From the NCBI GenBank assembly GCA_016199025.1, contig JACQHM010000273.1, positions 1 to 29,545 on the forward strand: DNA of 29,545 nucleotides, given 5' to 3'. Numbering within the stretch: the stretch's first letter is position 1; the number at the start of each line of letters is the position of its first letter. The notes below the pieces were generated by a model. That model was not told the origin of the DNA. It did no database searches and saw only the letters and a list, made by a program, of their open reading frames with translations. Both the position numbers and the translations under genes were made by a program. The stretch comes from Candidatus Methylomirabilota bacterium. Its GTDB lineage: Bacteria; Methylomirabilota; Methylomirabilia; Methylomirabilales; JACQHM01. Positions 9,388 through 18,176 of this stretch are shown in pieces.

Positions 9388-10187
9388 CGTTCCGTCCGCA
9401 TCCGTTCACCACGGATGATGAGCCCCGAGGGATCAACCTCCTGCCGTAAGATGCGGAGCTCCTCGTCCAACGGTGGCTCGATCTCTTGAAGCTTCGCATC
9501 CAAAAGCGGCTCAAAACCCATTCCCTCGAGAACATCAGCAACCTTCACGCCCCTGAGGACCCCCAGAAGGGTCATTTTCTTGGTCACCTCGTCGAAGCCG
9601 ATGAGGGCCTTCGAGGTCACAACCCGCCACGGGCCGGTCCCCCGTGGGAGCCCTGCCTTCTCCCGGGCCCCCGGTCCATCCAGGTAACCTGGCGAGGTGA
9701 CGAAGTCCAAGAGCTTGACGAAGCGCCTCGGCTCGTGCTTCAAGACGATGATCGTCTTCCAGCAGAGGGAGGCGACTTCATTCCCACCCCCGCTTCCCGG
9801 GAACCGCCTCCCCGGCCGCTCATAGGTGCCGCCGAGGAGGGTCGAGTTGACGTTTCCATAGAGATCTACCTGAAGAGCGCCGATCATCCCGTAGTCGATA
9901 TAGCCGGTCACAGCATAGGAGAAAGCCCAATTCATGTTGATCCATTGGAGGGATTGGTACACGTTCGAAGGGCCTCCCATTGTCCCACGGACGAAGGGGG
10001 TTAACGACCTCGGGCCGATGGCGCCAAACTCGAAGACCTGGACGAGATTTGGGGTGTAGAGACGCTCGGCCAACATGGCAACCACCTGCGGCATCCCCCA
10101 GCCGACGAAGACGGTCTTCCGATCCTCTAAGAGGCGGGCCGCTGAGCAGATCATCAATTCGGTATCGGTAAATTCGACAACTCCCAT
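9384..10187 (-). CDS. Family I CoA-transferase beta subunit (glutaconate/3-oxoadipate CoA-transferase GctB-like)
   Basis: VFVGWGMP, VQVFEFG (E53 at the position of the catalytic Glu54 of GctB), QVDLYGNVNST, FPGSGGGN, FVTSPG, GPWRVVT. Confidence 0.88.
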   Translation of the reverse strand: MGVVEFTDTELMICSAARLLEDRKTVFVGWGMPQVVAMLAERLYTPNLVQVFEFGAIGPRSLTPFVRGTMGGPSNVYQSLQWINMNWAFSYAVTGYIDYGMIGALQVDLYGNVNSTLLGGTYERPGRRFPGSGGGNEVASLCWKTIIVLKHEPRRFVKLLDFVTSPGYLDGPGAREKAGLPRGTGPWRVVTSKALIGFDEVTKKMTLLGVLRGVKVADVLEGMGFEPLLDAKLQEIEPPLDEELRILRQEVDPSGLIIRGERMRTER

Positions 10188-10204
10188 CCCTTCGTCTCCT
10201 ATGT

Positions 10205-11173
10205 TTAATGATAGCCTTCCTTAATCGCCGCCCGCCGGATCAGCTCCTGAAGCCTCTTCCAACCGACCTTCTTCTCTAAAAATGTGGTATGATCCTCGAT
10301 GTCATAGATATACTCCTGAAGGTACACCTGCATCTCTTGATCATTGGTAATGGCATTCACCTTGTCAATATGCTCCAGATCCAGATCATAACGCCCCTGG
10401 ACCCCGCCCGGATAGGCCCCAAAGGGGAGGTGGACGACGGCATCCACCAGGAAGTAGGGGATCGTCGTCTTGGAAGGCTCCTTCCTGAACTCCGATGGAT
10501 CGATGATCTCCTCGCAGGAGACGATGACCTTCTTTGACGCCATGGCGGCTTCTAACGCGAAGAGGTTCGTCCCGAAGATCCTGGCATTGCCGAAGACGTC
10601 GGCCTGGTGGACGTGGACCAAAAACACGTCGGGGTTCAGCGCGGGGACCAGGCAGATGGGATCTCCCGTGAACGGGTCCTGGACGACCTTGGCCCCGGAA
10701 TGCCTCAAGGTGTCGGTCCCGAGGAGGTTCCGCATCGGGATAAAGGGGATGCCTCTGGCGCCGGCCAGCATCCGGAAGGCCAGGCTCCCATTTGTCCACT
10801 CGAAGACCCTGACCCTCCCCTCAGCGACGACTTTTCCGATATAGCTCCCATACCCCATGAAGCCGACATCGATCCGGCTGGCGCACCCGGATCCAACCAA
10901 CAAGGCACTCTCGTGGAGGGTGAACTCAGCACAGACCCAGAGGTCCCGCTTCCGCTGCCGGATGATCTCCCGGACGAGAGCCTGAGGCCCTCTGGTCAAG
11001 GACGAAAAATCGTAGGCGAGATAATCGCCGTCTGAAACCAAGCGGGCGATGGCCTCTCGCTCGGTCATGAGCTTCTCCACTGGCTCCCGCTTCTTGTGCG
11101 TCCTGACCCACTCCCGAAAGTCATCGGGGTGCGTGAACCGGATCTCTGCCTGCCCTTCGAAGAGGACGTCCAT
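10205..11173 (-). CDS. Family I CoA-transferase alpha subunit (GctA-like)
   Basis: EWTNGSL, LGTD, DPFTG---CLVPALNPDV--VHVHQADVFGN, TIPYFLVDAVVHLPFGAYP; SD AGAGGAGG. Confidence 0.88.
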   Translation of the reverse strand: MDVLFEGQAEIRFTHPDDFREWVRTHKKREPVEKLMTEREAIARLVSDGDYLAYDFSSLTRGPQALVREIIRQRKRDLWVCAEFTLHESALLVGSGCASRIDVGFMGYGSYIGKVVAEGRVRVFEWTNGSLAFRMLAGARGIPFIPMRNLLGTDTLRHSGAKVVQDPFTGDPICLVPALNPDVFLVHVHQADVFGNARIFGTNLFALEAAMASKKVIVSCEEIIDPSEFRKEPSKTTIPYFLVDAVVHLPFGAYPGGVQGRYDLDLEHIDKVNAITNDQEMQVYLQEYIYDIEDHTTFLEKKVGWKRLQELIRRAAIKEGYH

Positions 11174-11211
11174 GATGCCTCCTCTTATCTCCCTTTCCTG
11201 GCTGTAAGCGT

Positions 11212-11232
11212 TCAGCCATCAGCCGTCAGCGC
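11212..11232. repeat. Short 7-bp array (TCAGCCA family)
   Basis: tcagcca tcagccg tcagcgc, same unit as 2201-2263. Confidence 0.7.
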
Positions 11233-11236
11233 CGCC

Positions 11237-11304
11237 GTAGGAGCGGCTTCCAGCCGCGACTTCCCCGCCGTTGTGAGGAGTCGCGCCAAGGATGGCGCTC
11301 CTAC
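11237..11304. repeat. GTAG-family REP doublet
   Basis: GTAGGAGCGGCTTCCAGCCGCGA ... TCGCGCCAAGGATGGCGCTCCTAC, inverted pair with GTAG/CTAC ends. Confidence 0.75.
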
Positions 11305-11315
11305 AGAAAACTACC

Positions 11316-11528
11316 TCAACGCCTACTCCTGCGTTTCCACGGAGGGATCGGGTACACCAGCTTCGCGGTAGCGTAACGTTCCGGCCAGACGATCTCTCGC
11401 TTGCCCTTCTGCCATTGGATCAAGAAGACCTCGTGGCCGATCGCTAACCCATCCTGATCGACCTTGTAGCGGCCAGCGATCGTCACCATATCTAAAGTGG
11501 CTAAGGCGTCCCGGATCTTCTCCCGTCC
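11316..11528 (-). pseudogene. 3' remnant of an amino-acid/Liv-type ABC substrate-binding protein gene
   Basis: Hand translation GREKIRDALATLDMVTIAGRYKVDQDGLAIGHEVFLIQWQKGKREIVWPERYATAKLVYPIPPWKRRSRR*, matching the QWQxG...VWP...PxPxW C-terminus of such proteins. No usable start; begins right after the atoE stop. Confidence 0.8.
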
Positions 11529-11541
11529 ACCCCGATCCCCC

Positions 11542-12894
11542 TCAGAAGGCCACGAACATCGGCAGGAGCAGGAAGGCCACCGAGATGATCAGCATGTAGA
11601 AGGCGAAATAGAGGAGGCAGTAGCCCATAATATCACGGAACCCGAGCCTCGCCACCCCCAGGAGGGGGATGGCCCAGAAGGGCTGGATGATGTCTGTCAC
11701 CATATCCCCCCAGGCGTAGGCGATGATGGTCATCGGGAGGCTCACCCCCAGGTTCTTCCCGGCCTGGATGATGTAGGGGGCCTCGATGGCAAACTTCGAG
11801 CCTCCTGAGGGCACAATGTAGTTCAGGATCCCTGAGTACCAGACAACGATGAAGGGATAGGTGGTTCTGGTCGCAATCGCTGTAAAGAAGTTGGCCAGGA
11901 TCTCGGCCAACCCTGAAAACTTAATGATGCCAAAGATCCCGGCGTAGAACGGGAACTGGATGGCCACTCCCCAGATGAAGGTCCCCGCCTCGTAGGCGGC
12001 TTTCAGGAAGGAGGCCGGGGTCCGATGGAGGAGGACGCCGATCATGAGGAAGGTGAAGTTTACGGTGTTAAGGTTGATACCCACTCCCCCCTTCTCGCGG
12101 AAATACCAGAGGAGCCAAAGTAACCCACTTATGCCGACGATGAGGTTAATCAGGGGGGAATATTCCAGCCACAAGGCCGGTGTCATCTGGTCTCGGGGGA
12201 GCCGCTCGGGCGGCTCGAAGCCCTTCCCGTGGACGAGCTCAGGATCGGCCTCCACCGTCTCCTCCCGGGAAGGGTGCATCATCGGGCCCATAGCGGTGAG
12301 AGCCACCAGGATGACTACCGCCAGGAGAAGGTTAAAGGGGTGAAAGGTCGTCTGAGTGATCGGGATCAGGCCGATATCTTGTTCGAGGAAGTGCTTCGGG
12401 GTCGCGACCAAAAGCGTCGCCGATCCCGAAAGCCCTGAATGCCACATCACCCCCAGGCCGAGGTAGGCTGTTGCCACCAGCAACCGATAGTCCACCCCCC
12501 GTTGATGCCGGACCAGATACCTGACGAAGACCGCCGACCCGACGATGCTCAACCCCCAGTTGATCCACGCCAGGATCATTGACGTAAGAGCCATGACGGC
12601 GATGGAGGCCTTCGGGTTCTTCGGGAGTTGTGCCAAACCGTCCAAGAGACGGCTCATGAAGGGGGTGGTGGCGAAGATGTACCCTGTCATGATGATCAGG
12701 GACATCTGCATGGCAAATTCAAGGAGGAGCCAGAAGCCGTTCCCCCAGTACTGCACGAGCTGGTAGGGTGTTGAGGACGTCAAGGCCAGGCCGAGAAGGT
12801 AGGTGGCGATAGTGAGGATAACGGCGATGACCCAGGCATCCGGCACCCACCTGGTGCTCCACCGCGTACACGCCGCGGCCATCTTTTGTAACAC
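11542..12894 (-). CDS. atoE: Short-chain fatty acid transporter, AtoE family
   Basis: WGNGFWLLLEFAMQM, WHSGLSGS, QFPFYAGIFG, VPSGGSKFAIEAP, AWGD---IIQPFWAIPLLG; 450 aa; GTG start with SD. Confidence 0.9.
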   Translation of the reverse strand: MLQKMAAACTRWSTRWVPDAWVIAVILTIATYLLGLALTSSTPYQLVQYWGNGFWLLLEFAMQMSLIIMTGYIFATTPFMSRLLDGLAQLPKNPKASIAVMALTSMILAWINWGLSIVGSAVFVRYLVRHQRGVDYRLLVATAYLGLGVMWHSGLSGSATLLVATPKHFLEQDIGLIPITQTTFHPFNLLLAVVILVALTAMGPMMHPSREETVEADPELVHGKGFEPPERLPRDQMTPALWLEYSPLINLIVGISGLLWLLWYFREKGGVGINLNTVNFTFLMIGVLLHRTPASFLKAAYEAGTFIWGVAIQFPFYAGIFGIIKFSGLAEILANFFTAIATRTTYPFIVVWYSGILNYIVPSGGSKFAIEAPYIIQAGKNLGVSLPMTIIAYAWGDMVTDIIQPFWAIPLLGVARLGFRDIMGYCLLYFAFYMLIISVAFLLLPMFVAF

Positions 12895-12921
12895 AGCTCC
12901 CCTCCATTCGACCTTCGATGG

Positions 12922-15630
12922 TTAAATGATCTCCCGCTCCTTGAGCCCCTGAAGGCGGGAAGGTCCGAGGCCCAAGTATTTCAAGTAAATGAACTCGTTG
13001 TCCCGACCTACGGGTCGGCAGGCCCACTTGAGCCTGGGCGGGGTCTCGGTCATCTTCCACGGCTCCCCCTGGAGGAGGAGCTCACCGTACTCAGGATCCT
13101 CGATCTTTGTAAAGATGTCCCGGAGCCACCAGTGCTCCTCGGCTAATGTCTCTGACGGCGAATTGACCCGCCCTGTGGCCACGACCCCCGGCCTCTTGTT
13201 CATCGTATACTCCTGAACCTTCTTGAGGATTTCCTCGGCGGTATAGTTCGTCGCCCACTCCTCCAGGATCTTGTGGAGGACCTTTTCGATCTCGATCTGG
13301 GAGCGTTTGATGGGGGAGTTGAAGCGCGGGTCTTTCGGAAGCTCCGGGTTCTCCATAATGGTGCAGAGGGCCTGGAAGTTCACATCGGAAAACCCCGCCA
13401 GGGTTGTGTACCCATCCTTGCACCGGACAAAGGTGTAGGGGAAGGCGGCCTGGTCAAGGGGGCCGACACGACTGGAAATCTCACCTTTTAGATGATACAG
13501 ACTCAAGTAATAATTGAGAAGACGAAGGACTCCTTCAGAAGGAGCCACATCCACGAACTGGCCTCGGCCTGTCCTCGATCGGTACTTCAGGGCTATCAGA
13601 GCCCCGAAGGCGGCCCAAAGACCACCGGCGAACCAACTGTACCAGCATCCGATCTTGGTCGGGACCTGAAAAGGCTTGGGATCGCTCGGATCTTCCATCT
13701 CCCCCGTAGACCAGATACACCCCGCCAGGGCCTGATCGATCACATCGTAGCCAGGCTTCCCACACGAAGCCTTTAGTCCAAAATGTCCGTAGGTGTAAAG
13801 AGCGACATAGACAAGGCCCGGGGTTATCTTTTGAAGGTCCCGATAACCGATCCCCCACTCGTCCATCCTCCCCGGCTCAAAGGTCTCAATAAGGACGTCA
13901 GCCTTTCCGACCAGGGCCTTCAGAAGCTCCCGGCCTTCAGCCTCTCTCAGGTTCAAGGTGATATGGAACTTATTTCTTCCCTCCACGAGATAGCCGAGCC
14001 CTGTGCCCTTATGCTTCATCCCATAGGGGCTAAAGGCTCTGACCAGATCCCCCTCGGGCGGCTCGATCCGGATCACCTCGGCCCCGAAGGAGGCGAGGAC
14101 CGAAGAGCAGACCGATCCCCCCAGGTTGCCGGTGCTGAGATCTAAAACGACCAGGTCCTCCAACGCCTCGGGCTTCTCAGGGGCTCTCCTGGGATCGTTT
14201 CTCGGCCTGATCCACTCCTCCCAGGACACCTGTTCGGGAGGATCTTCTTTGATATCCATATGAAGCTCCTCCCTCTTGGAAGCTGATGCCTTCGGAAAGA
14301 TGACCCCGGCCTGCCCATCCCAATCATCGGGCGGCTTGGCCCCCACCCGATCGGCCCACTTCCCGATGATTCCCCTCTCCTCAAGGGCCTGTAGCTCCGC
14401 CGACGAGAGGCCCAGGAAGGTTCGAAAAACATACTCGTTGTGGAAGCCGACAGGCTTTCCTGACCACTTCAGCCTGCCGGGGGTCTCGGAGAGCTTCGGG
14501 ACAGGACCGGATTCCACAATCTTCCCGTACAGGGGATCGTCCACTTCCCAGACCGCCCCCCGCTCACGGTAGTGGGGATCCTCGTAGATCTCTTTAAAGT
14601 CCAGGACAGGAGCTGAAGCAAAGCCATACTCCGTCCCCAGCCAGTCCAGCTCCGATCGGGTCTTGGTCAGAGCCCACTCGGCCACGAGCGCCAACAGGGT
14701 CGCCGCATGTTCCTCTTGTTGCCTCGCCTCCAAGGTCCGGAACCGGGGATCCTCGGCCAGCGTAGATTGCCCCATTGCCCGGCAGAGGCCTCTGAACTCT
14801 TCATCGGTGACGGCGGCCATGGCGATGAAGCCGTCCCAGCACCGGAAGACATCAGAGACGCCCAAGGCCACATCCCGGTTCCCGGACCGTTTCCGTTCAT
14901 CCCCTGTCAGTTGCTGATAGAGCCAAGTCCAGTCCATCGCCCGGATCAGCCCCTCCGCCTGGGAGAAATCGATGAACTGCCCCTTCCCTGTCCGGTCCCG
15001 GTAATAGAGGGCGGCGAGGATGGCCGTGGAAGCCATGAGGGCCCCACCAAAGTCGCCGACCCAGAACCCGATCTTCTGGGGACGGCTCTCCAGGAAGCCG
15101 GTGATGGATGCGATCCCGGAGACGGCCTGGGCTAACACGTCGTAAGAGGCCCTTCCCGTCGAGAAGGGTCCCCATTGACCGAAGCCCGAGTTAGCGCAGT
15201 AGACGAGGCTGGGATTGATCCGGGAGAGCTGGCGATAGCCGATCCCCCACCGGTCCAGGGTCCCGGCCCTGAGGTTTTCCAGAAAGACGTCCGATTTCTG
15301 AATGAGGCGCTTGAAAAGGGCCTTCCCCTCGGGCTTATGCAGGTCAATGGCCACGTGGTACTTGTTCCGGTTGGCGGGGAGGAAGGCGGCAGAGACGTTC
15401 TTGTAGTAGAAGCCCTGGTAGGCGACGTACCGGGAGGTGTCCCCGGAACCTGGAAACTCGACCTTGATCACCTCGGCCCCGAACTCACCCAGGTAGTCCG
15501 TCGTCGCCGGTCCAAGGTACAGGGTGGCCAGCTCCACGACCCGGACCCCCTTTAAGGCCTCGGGTTTCGTAAAGACCTGTTTGAGATCGAAGAGGCTGTT
15601 CGTCCACTCGAGGTAAGACCGTTCCCCCAT
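12922..15630 (-). CDS. Tandem two-domain family III (CaiB/BaiF) CoA-transferase
   Basis: Two complete copies of KPEAL---V(V/L)(E/D)L, GAEVI(K/R)(V/I)E, NRNK/GRNK, YDV--Q; 902 aa in a single frame. Confidence 0.9.
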   Translation of the reverse strand: MGERSYLEWTNSLFDLKQVFTKPEALKGVRVVELATLYLGPATTDYLGEFGAEVIKVEFPGSGDTSRYVAYQGFYYKNVSAAFLPANRNKYHVAIDLHKPEGKALFKRLIQKSDVFLENLRAGTLDRWGIGYRQLSRINPSLVYCANSGFGQWGPFSTGRASYDVLAQAVSGIASITGFLESRPQKIGFWVGDFGGALMASTAILAALYYRDRTGKGQFIDFSQAEGLIRAMDWTWLYQQLTGDERKRSGNRDVALGVSDVFRCWDGFIAMAAVTDEEFRGLCRAMGQSTLAEDPRFRTLEARQQEEHAATLLALVAEWALTKTRSELDWLGTEYGFASAPVLDFKEIYEDPHYRERGAVWEVDDPLYGKIVESGPVPKLSETPGRLKWSGKPVGFHNEYVFRTFLGLSSAELQALEERGIIGKWADRVGAKPPDDWDGQAGVIFPKASASKREELHMDIKEDPPEQVSWEEWIRPRNDPRRAPEKPEALEDLVVLDLSTGNLGGSVCSSVLASFGAEVIRIEPPEGDLVRAFSPYGMKHKGTGLGYLVEGRNKFHITLNLREAEGRELLKALVGKADVLIETFEPGRMDEWGIGYRDLQKITPGLVYVALYTYGHFGLKASCGKPGYDVIDQALAGCIWSTGEMEDPSDPKPFQVPTKIGCWYSWFAGGLWAAFGALIALKYRSRTGRGQFVDVAPSEGVLRLLNYYLSLYHLKGEISSRVGPLDQAAFPYTFVRCKDGYTTLAGFSDVNFQALCTIMENPELPKDPRFNSPIKRSQIEIEKVLHKILEEWATNYTAEEILKKVQEYTMNKRPGVVATGRVNSPSETLAEEHWWLRDIFTKIEDPEYGELLLQGEPWKMTETPPRLKWACRPVGRDNEFIYLKYLGLGPSRLQGLKEREII
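14257..14274 (-). promoter_or_regulatory. Internal ribosome-binding site and in-frame ATG (Met458) inside the family III fusion
   Basis: AGGGAGGAG (14274-14266), 6 nt spacer, ATG at 14259, in frame with 15630, at the start of domain 2. Confidence 0.6.
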
Positions 15631-15650
15631 GATCCTTCCCCCGCAACCTT

Positions 15651-15700
15651 ACCCTCACCCATCCCCTCCCCCTTGAAGGGGGAGGGAGAGGGAGGAGGTG
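15651..15700. repeat. CCCTCCCCCTT-G-AAGGGGGAGGG hairpin repeat, copy 1
   Basis: Perfect 11-bp arms at 15664-15686; 45/50 identical to 18934-18983. Confidence 0.85.
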
Positions 15701-15701
15701 T

Positions 15702-15729
15702 GCTGACGGCTGATGGCTGACGGCTGACC
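15702..15729. repeat. 7-bp array (GCTGACG family)
   Basis: gctgacg gctgatg gctgacg gctgacc. Confidence 0.8.
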
Positions 15730-15735
15730 GCTTCT

Positions 15736-17466
15736 TTAAAACGCATCGGCCTGGGCAGCAATCTCGTCCAGTTGTGCTCTGGTGTATGATCCCAGGCTCC
15801 TGAAGTTCAAGTCGGTATAGTTTTTGATCCATCGCATGGCAATCTTCACCGCCTTTCGGTACCTCCCTTCGGCCTCGGAGTAGGCAGCTTGACCCTTGGC
15901 GCCAGCCTTTTCTGTTTCGGTCTTGAGGCGGGCCAGGATATCCTCCAGCTCCTCCTGCAAGAGCCTTTTCACCAACGCAAAATCGTGGACCTCCCCGGTG
16001 TTTGAGTCCTTTGCGTGATGCAGAATTCGCTGGGCGGTCTGCGCCACGGAGATCCTGGCCGTCGCCAGGTCTTCCATCAGGGCGGGATGAATGCCAGGCC
16101 GGCCAGCCAGACTGTCGATCCCTTTGGCCCCTCTCCCGTTCAGCCACCCTTCCACGTATTCAATGAGCGTCCTGACGTTGCGCCGTGTCCCATCCACGGT
16201 CATCGGACCTTCAGGGACTTTAATCCTAATCGGATAGTTCTCGGGCTTGGCCATCTCGGGGGTCGGCTTCCACCCTGAGCCCCACCACTCCTTGAAGGGA
16301 TCGGCGGCGGTTTTCATGTGATAGATGTGGGCCACCCACCCCCGGAGAAAACCCTGCCTGGCCTCCCATTCCTTGTCGGCCCTGATGGACGCCCCGGCCA
16401 CTTTATTGACTTCTTCATTGGGGTTGGGAAGGGCCGTGGCCATCCCTCCAATGGCGACCGCTCCCCGCTTCAGGCAGATCGCCACCAAGCGCCTGAAGAT
16501 GTTCGCGAGAAAATCCGTCGTCTTGATGTCCACGCCAAAGCGGTCAGGCCACACTTGATTCGGGTCTGTCATGACATATTCGAGAATGCTGGCCTGAAAA
16601 TCCCATCGAGCGGCGTTTAAGCCACCTGCATAGGGCCCCAGGGCGTACAGCATCTCCTCCATCTGGTACGCCGCCGGGAGCGATTCGACCAGAACAACCG
16701 CCCGGATGACAGCGTCCTTGAGGAAAGACAGGGAATTTCGAGACGCGTCAAAGAAGTCTCTCCAGAACGCACACTCTTCCGCCAACTCCAGCTTGGGGAG
16801 ATAGAAATAGATCCCCTGCCCTCGTTCCACCTGGGCTCTCCCCGCATAGAACAGGGTGAACGCCGTGCCAAGGATGCTTGCGGGGATGGGGGCTCCATCC
16901 ACAGTCACCTCGGGTTCATCCAGATGGAGTCCACGCTCCCGATGCATGAAGAACGGAAGCTCGCCCTCTTGGATCCTGTACTCTTTTCCCTTCTCTGGGT
17001 CAACGTATGTCAGGGCGCGGTTGACCGCCCCTAACCGGTTATGGGTGGCTCGGACCGTGTCGATCAACCGGTGCCCGGCCGAATCCTCGTCGTCATCCAG
17101 ATCCCCGTCGGCCCTGGTCCCCTCCGGGCCGGGGTTCAAAGCATTGATGAACATCCCCGTGATCGAAGCGGGGCCTGAGATCTCAATTCCCGGTTTTTTG
17201 AGGTCATCGGGCGCAGGAGGGACCTGCCAATCTCCGGTGTTGATGTTGGTGACCGGGGGATGGGTGGGCAAGACCCTGTGGTGCAGGGCCTTTTCGAGCA
17301 CTTCAGCGCGGGTGGCCCGCAAGGCGTGGATCCGAGGCGTGAAGTGATCGTGCAGATATACGAGATACTCTACAAATGGAGGGGCAAACAGCTCAGCGGC
17401 CCCCTCGACCAGTGCAAATCGGACCCGATCAGTTGCCGGAACTCCTGACTTGACATGGGATGCCAT
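15736..17466 (-). CDS. aceB: Malate synthase A-family protein, divergent
   Basis: EISGP, RERGLHL (catalytic Arg), YFYLPK, LVESLPA (Mg-binding Glu), GLNAARWD (Mg-binding Asp), GGMA, MEDLATA (catalytic Asp); 576 aa. Confidence 0.8.
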   Translation of the reverse strand: MASHVKSGVPATDRVRFALVEGAAELFAPPFVEYLVYLHDHFTPRIHALRATRAEVLEKALHHRVLPTHPPVTNINTGDWQVPPAPDDLKKPGIEISGPASITGMFINALNPGPEGTRADGDLDDDEDSAGHRLIDTVRATHNRLGAVNRALTYVDPEKGKEYRIQEGELPFFMHRERGLHLDEPEVTVDGAPIPASILGTAFTLFYAGRAQVERGQGIYFYLPKLELAEECAFWRDFFDASRNSLSFLKDAVIRAVVLVESLPAAYQMEEMLYALGPYAGGLNAARWDFQASILEYVMTDPNQVWPDRFGVDIKTTDFLANIFRRLVAICLKRGAVAIGGMATALPNPNEEVNKVAGASIRADKEWEARQGFLRGWVAHIYHMKTAADPFKEWWGSGWKPTPEMAKPENYPIRIKVPEGPMTVDGTRRNVRTLIEYVEGWLNGRGAKGIDSLAGRPGIHPALMEDLATARISVAQTAQRILHHAKDSNTGEVHDFALVKRLLQEELEDILARLKTETEKAGAKGQAAYSEAEGRYRKAVKIAMRWIKNYTDLNFRSLGSYTRAQLDEIAAQADAF

Positions 17467-17480
17467 GGGTGCTTCCTCCT

Positions 17481-18176
17481 TTACACCGCCAGCAGGTCGT
17501 GAATCTCCCGGTTGTCCTGGAGCTCCCTCACCGTCCCCTCAAAGCGGACCTGCCCTTTTTCGAGGACGTAGGCCCGATCGGAGAGGGTGAGGGCGAATTT
17601 CACGTTCATCTCGGCCAGGAGGATCGTCATCCCCATGGCCTTGAGCTGAAGGATCTGTTTCCCCAAAGTTTTCACAATCAGGGGGGAGAGGCCTTCTGAG
17701 GGTTCATCCAGGAGGAGGACCTGAGGGTTCAGCATGAGGGCCCGGGCGATGGCCAGCATCTGCTGTTCCCCACCGGAGAGGGACCCTCCCCTCTGGTGCT
17801 CCCGCTCTGCCAGGATTGGGAACAACTCAAAGACGCGGTCAAGGGAAAAGGGGCCGCCGTCACGAGCCCTCGCCGCCACCTCCAGGTTCTCCTTGACGGT
17901 CAGCTCCGAGAAGATCCGCCGGTCCTCCGGCACATACCCGAGCCCAAGACGGGCGATCCGAAAGGGGGATTTCCGGCTGATCTCCTGCCCCCTGTAGAGG
18001 ATGCGTCCGCTCCGGGGCGGGGTCAGCCCGATGATGCTTTTCAAGGTGGTGCTCTTCCCCATCCCATTTCTGCCCAGGAGCGCCACCACCTCCCCCTCGT
18101 TTACACACAAGGAGACGCCCCACAGCACGTGGCTCTCCCCGTAGAAGGTATGGATGTCCCGAACCTCCAACATCAC
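17481..18176 (-). CDS. Liv-type ABC ATP-binding protein (LivF family)
   Basis: GRNGMGKST, YVPEDRRIF, LSGGEQQM, LLLDEPSEGL. Confidence 0.92.
   Translation of the reverse strand: MMLEVRDIHTFYGESHVLWGVSLCVNEGEVVALLGRNGMGKSTTLKSIIGLTPPRSGRILYRGQEISRKSPFRIARLGLGYVPEDRRIFSELTVKENLEVAARARDGGPFSLDRVFELFPILAEREHQRGGSLSGGEQQMLAIARALMLNPQVLLLDEPSEGLSPLIVKTLGKQILQLKAMGMTILLAEMNVKFALTLSDRAYVLEKGQVRFEGTVRELQDNREIHDLLAV

Noticed and set aside
15736-17466. Truncated or dead malate synthase
   Set aside because: Length and all four catalytic/Mg-binding residues are present, so it is treated as divergent rather than inactive.
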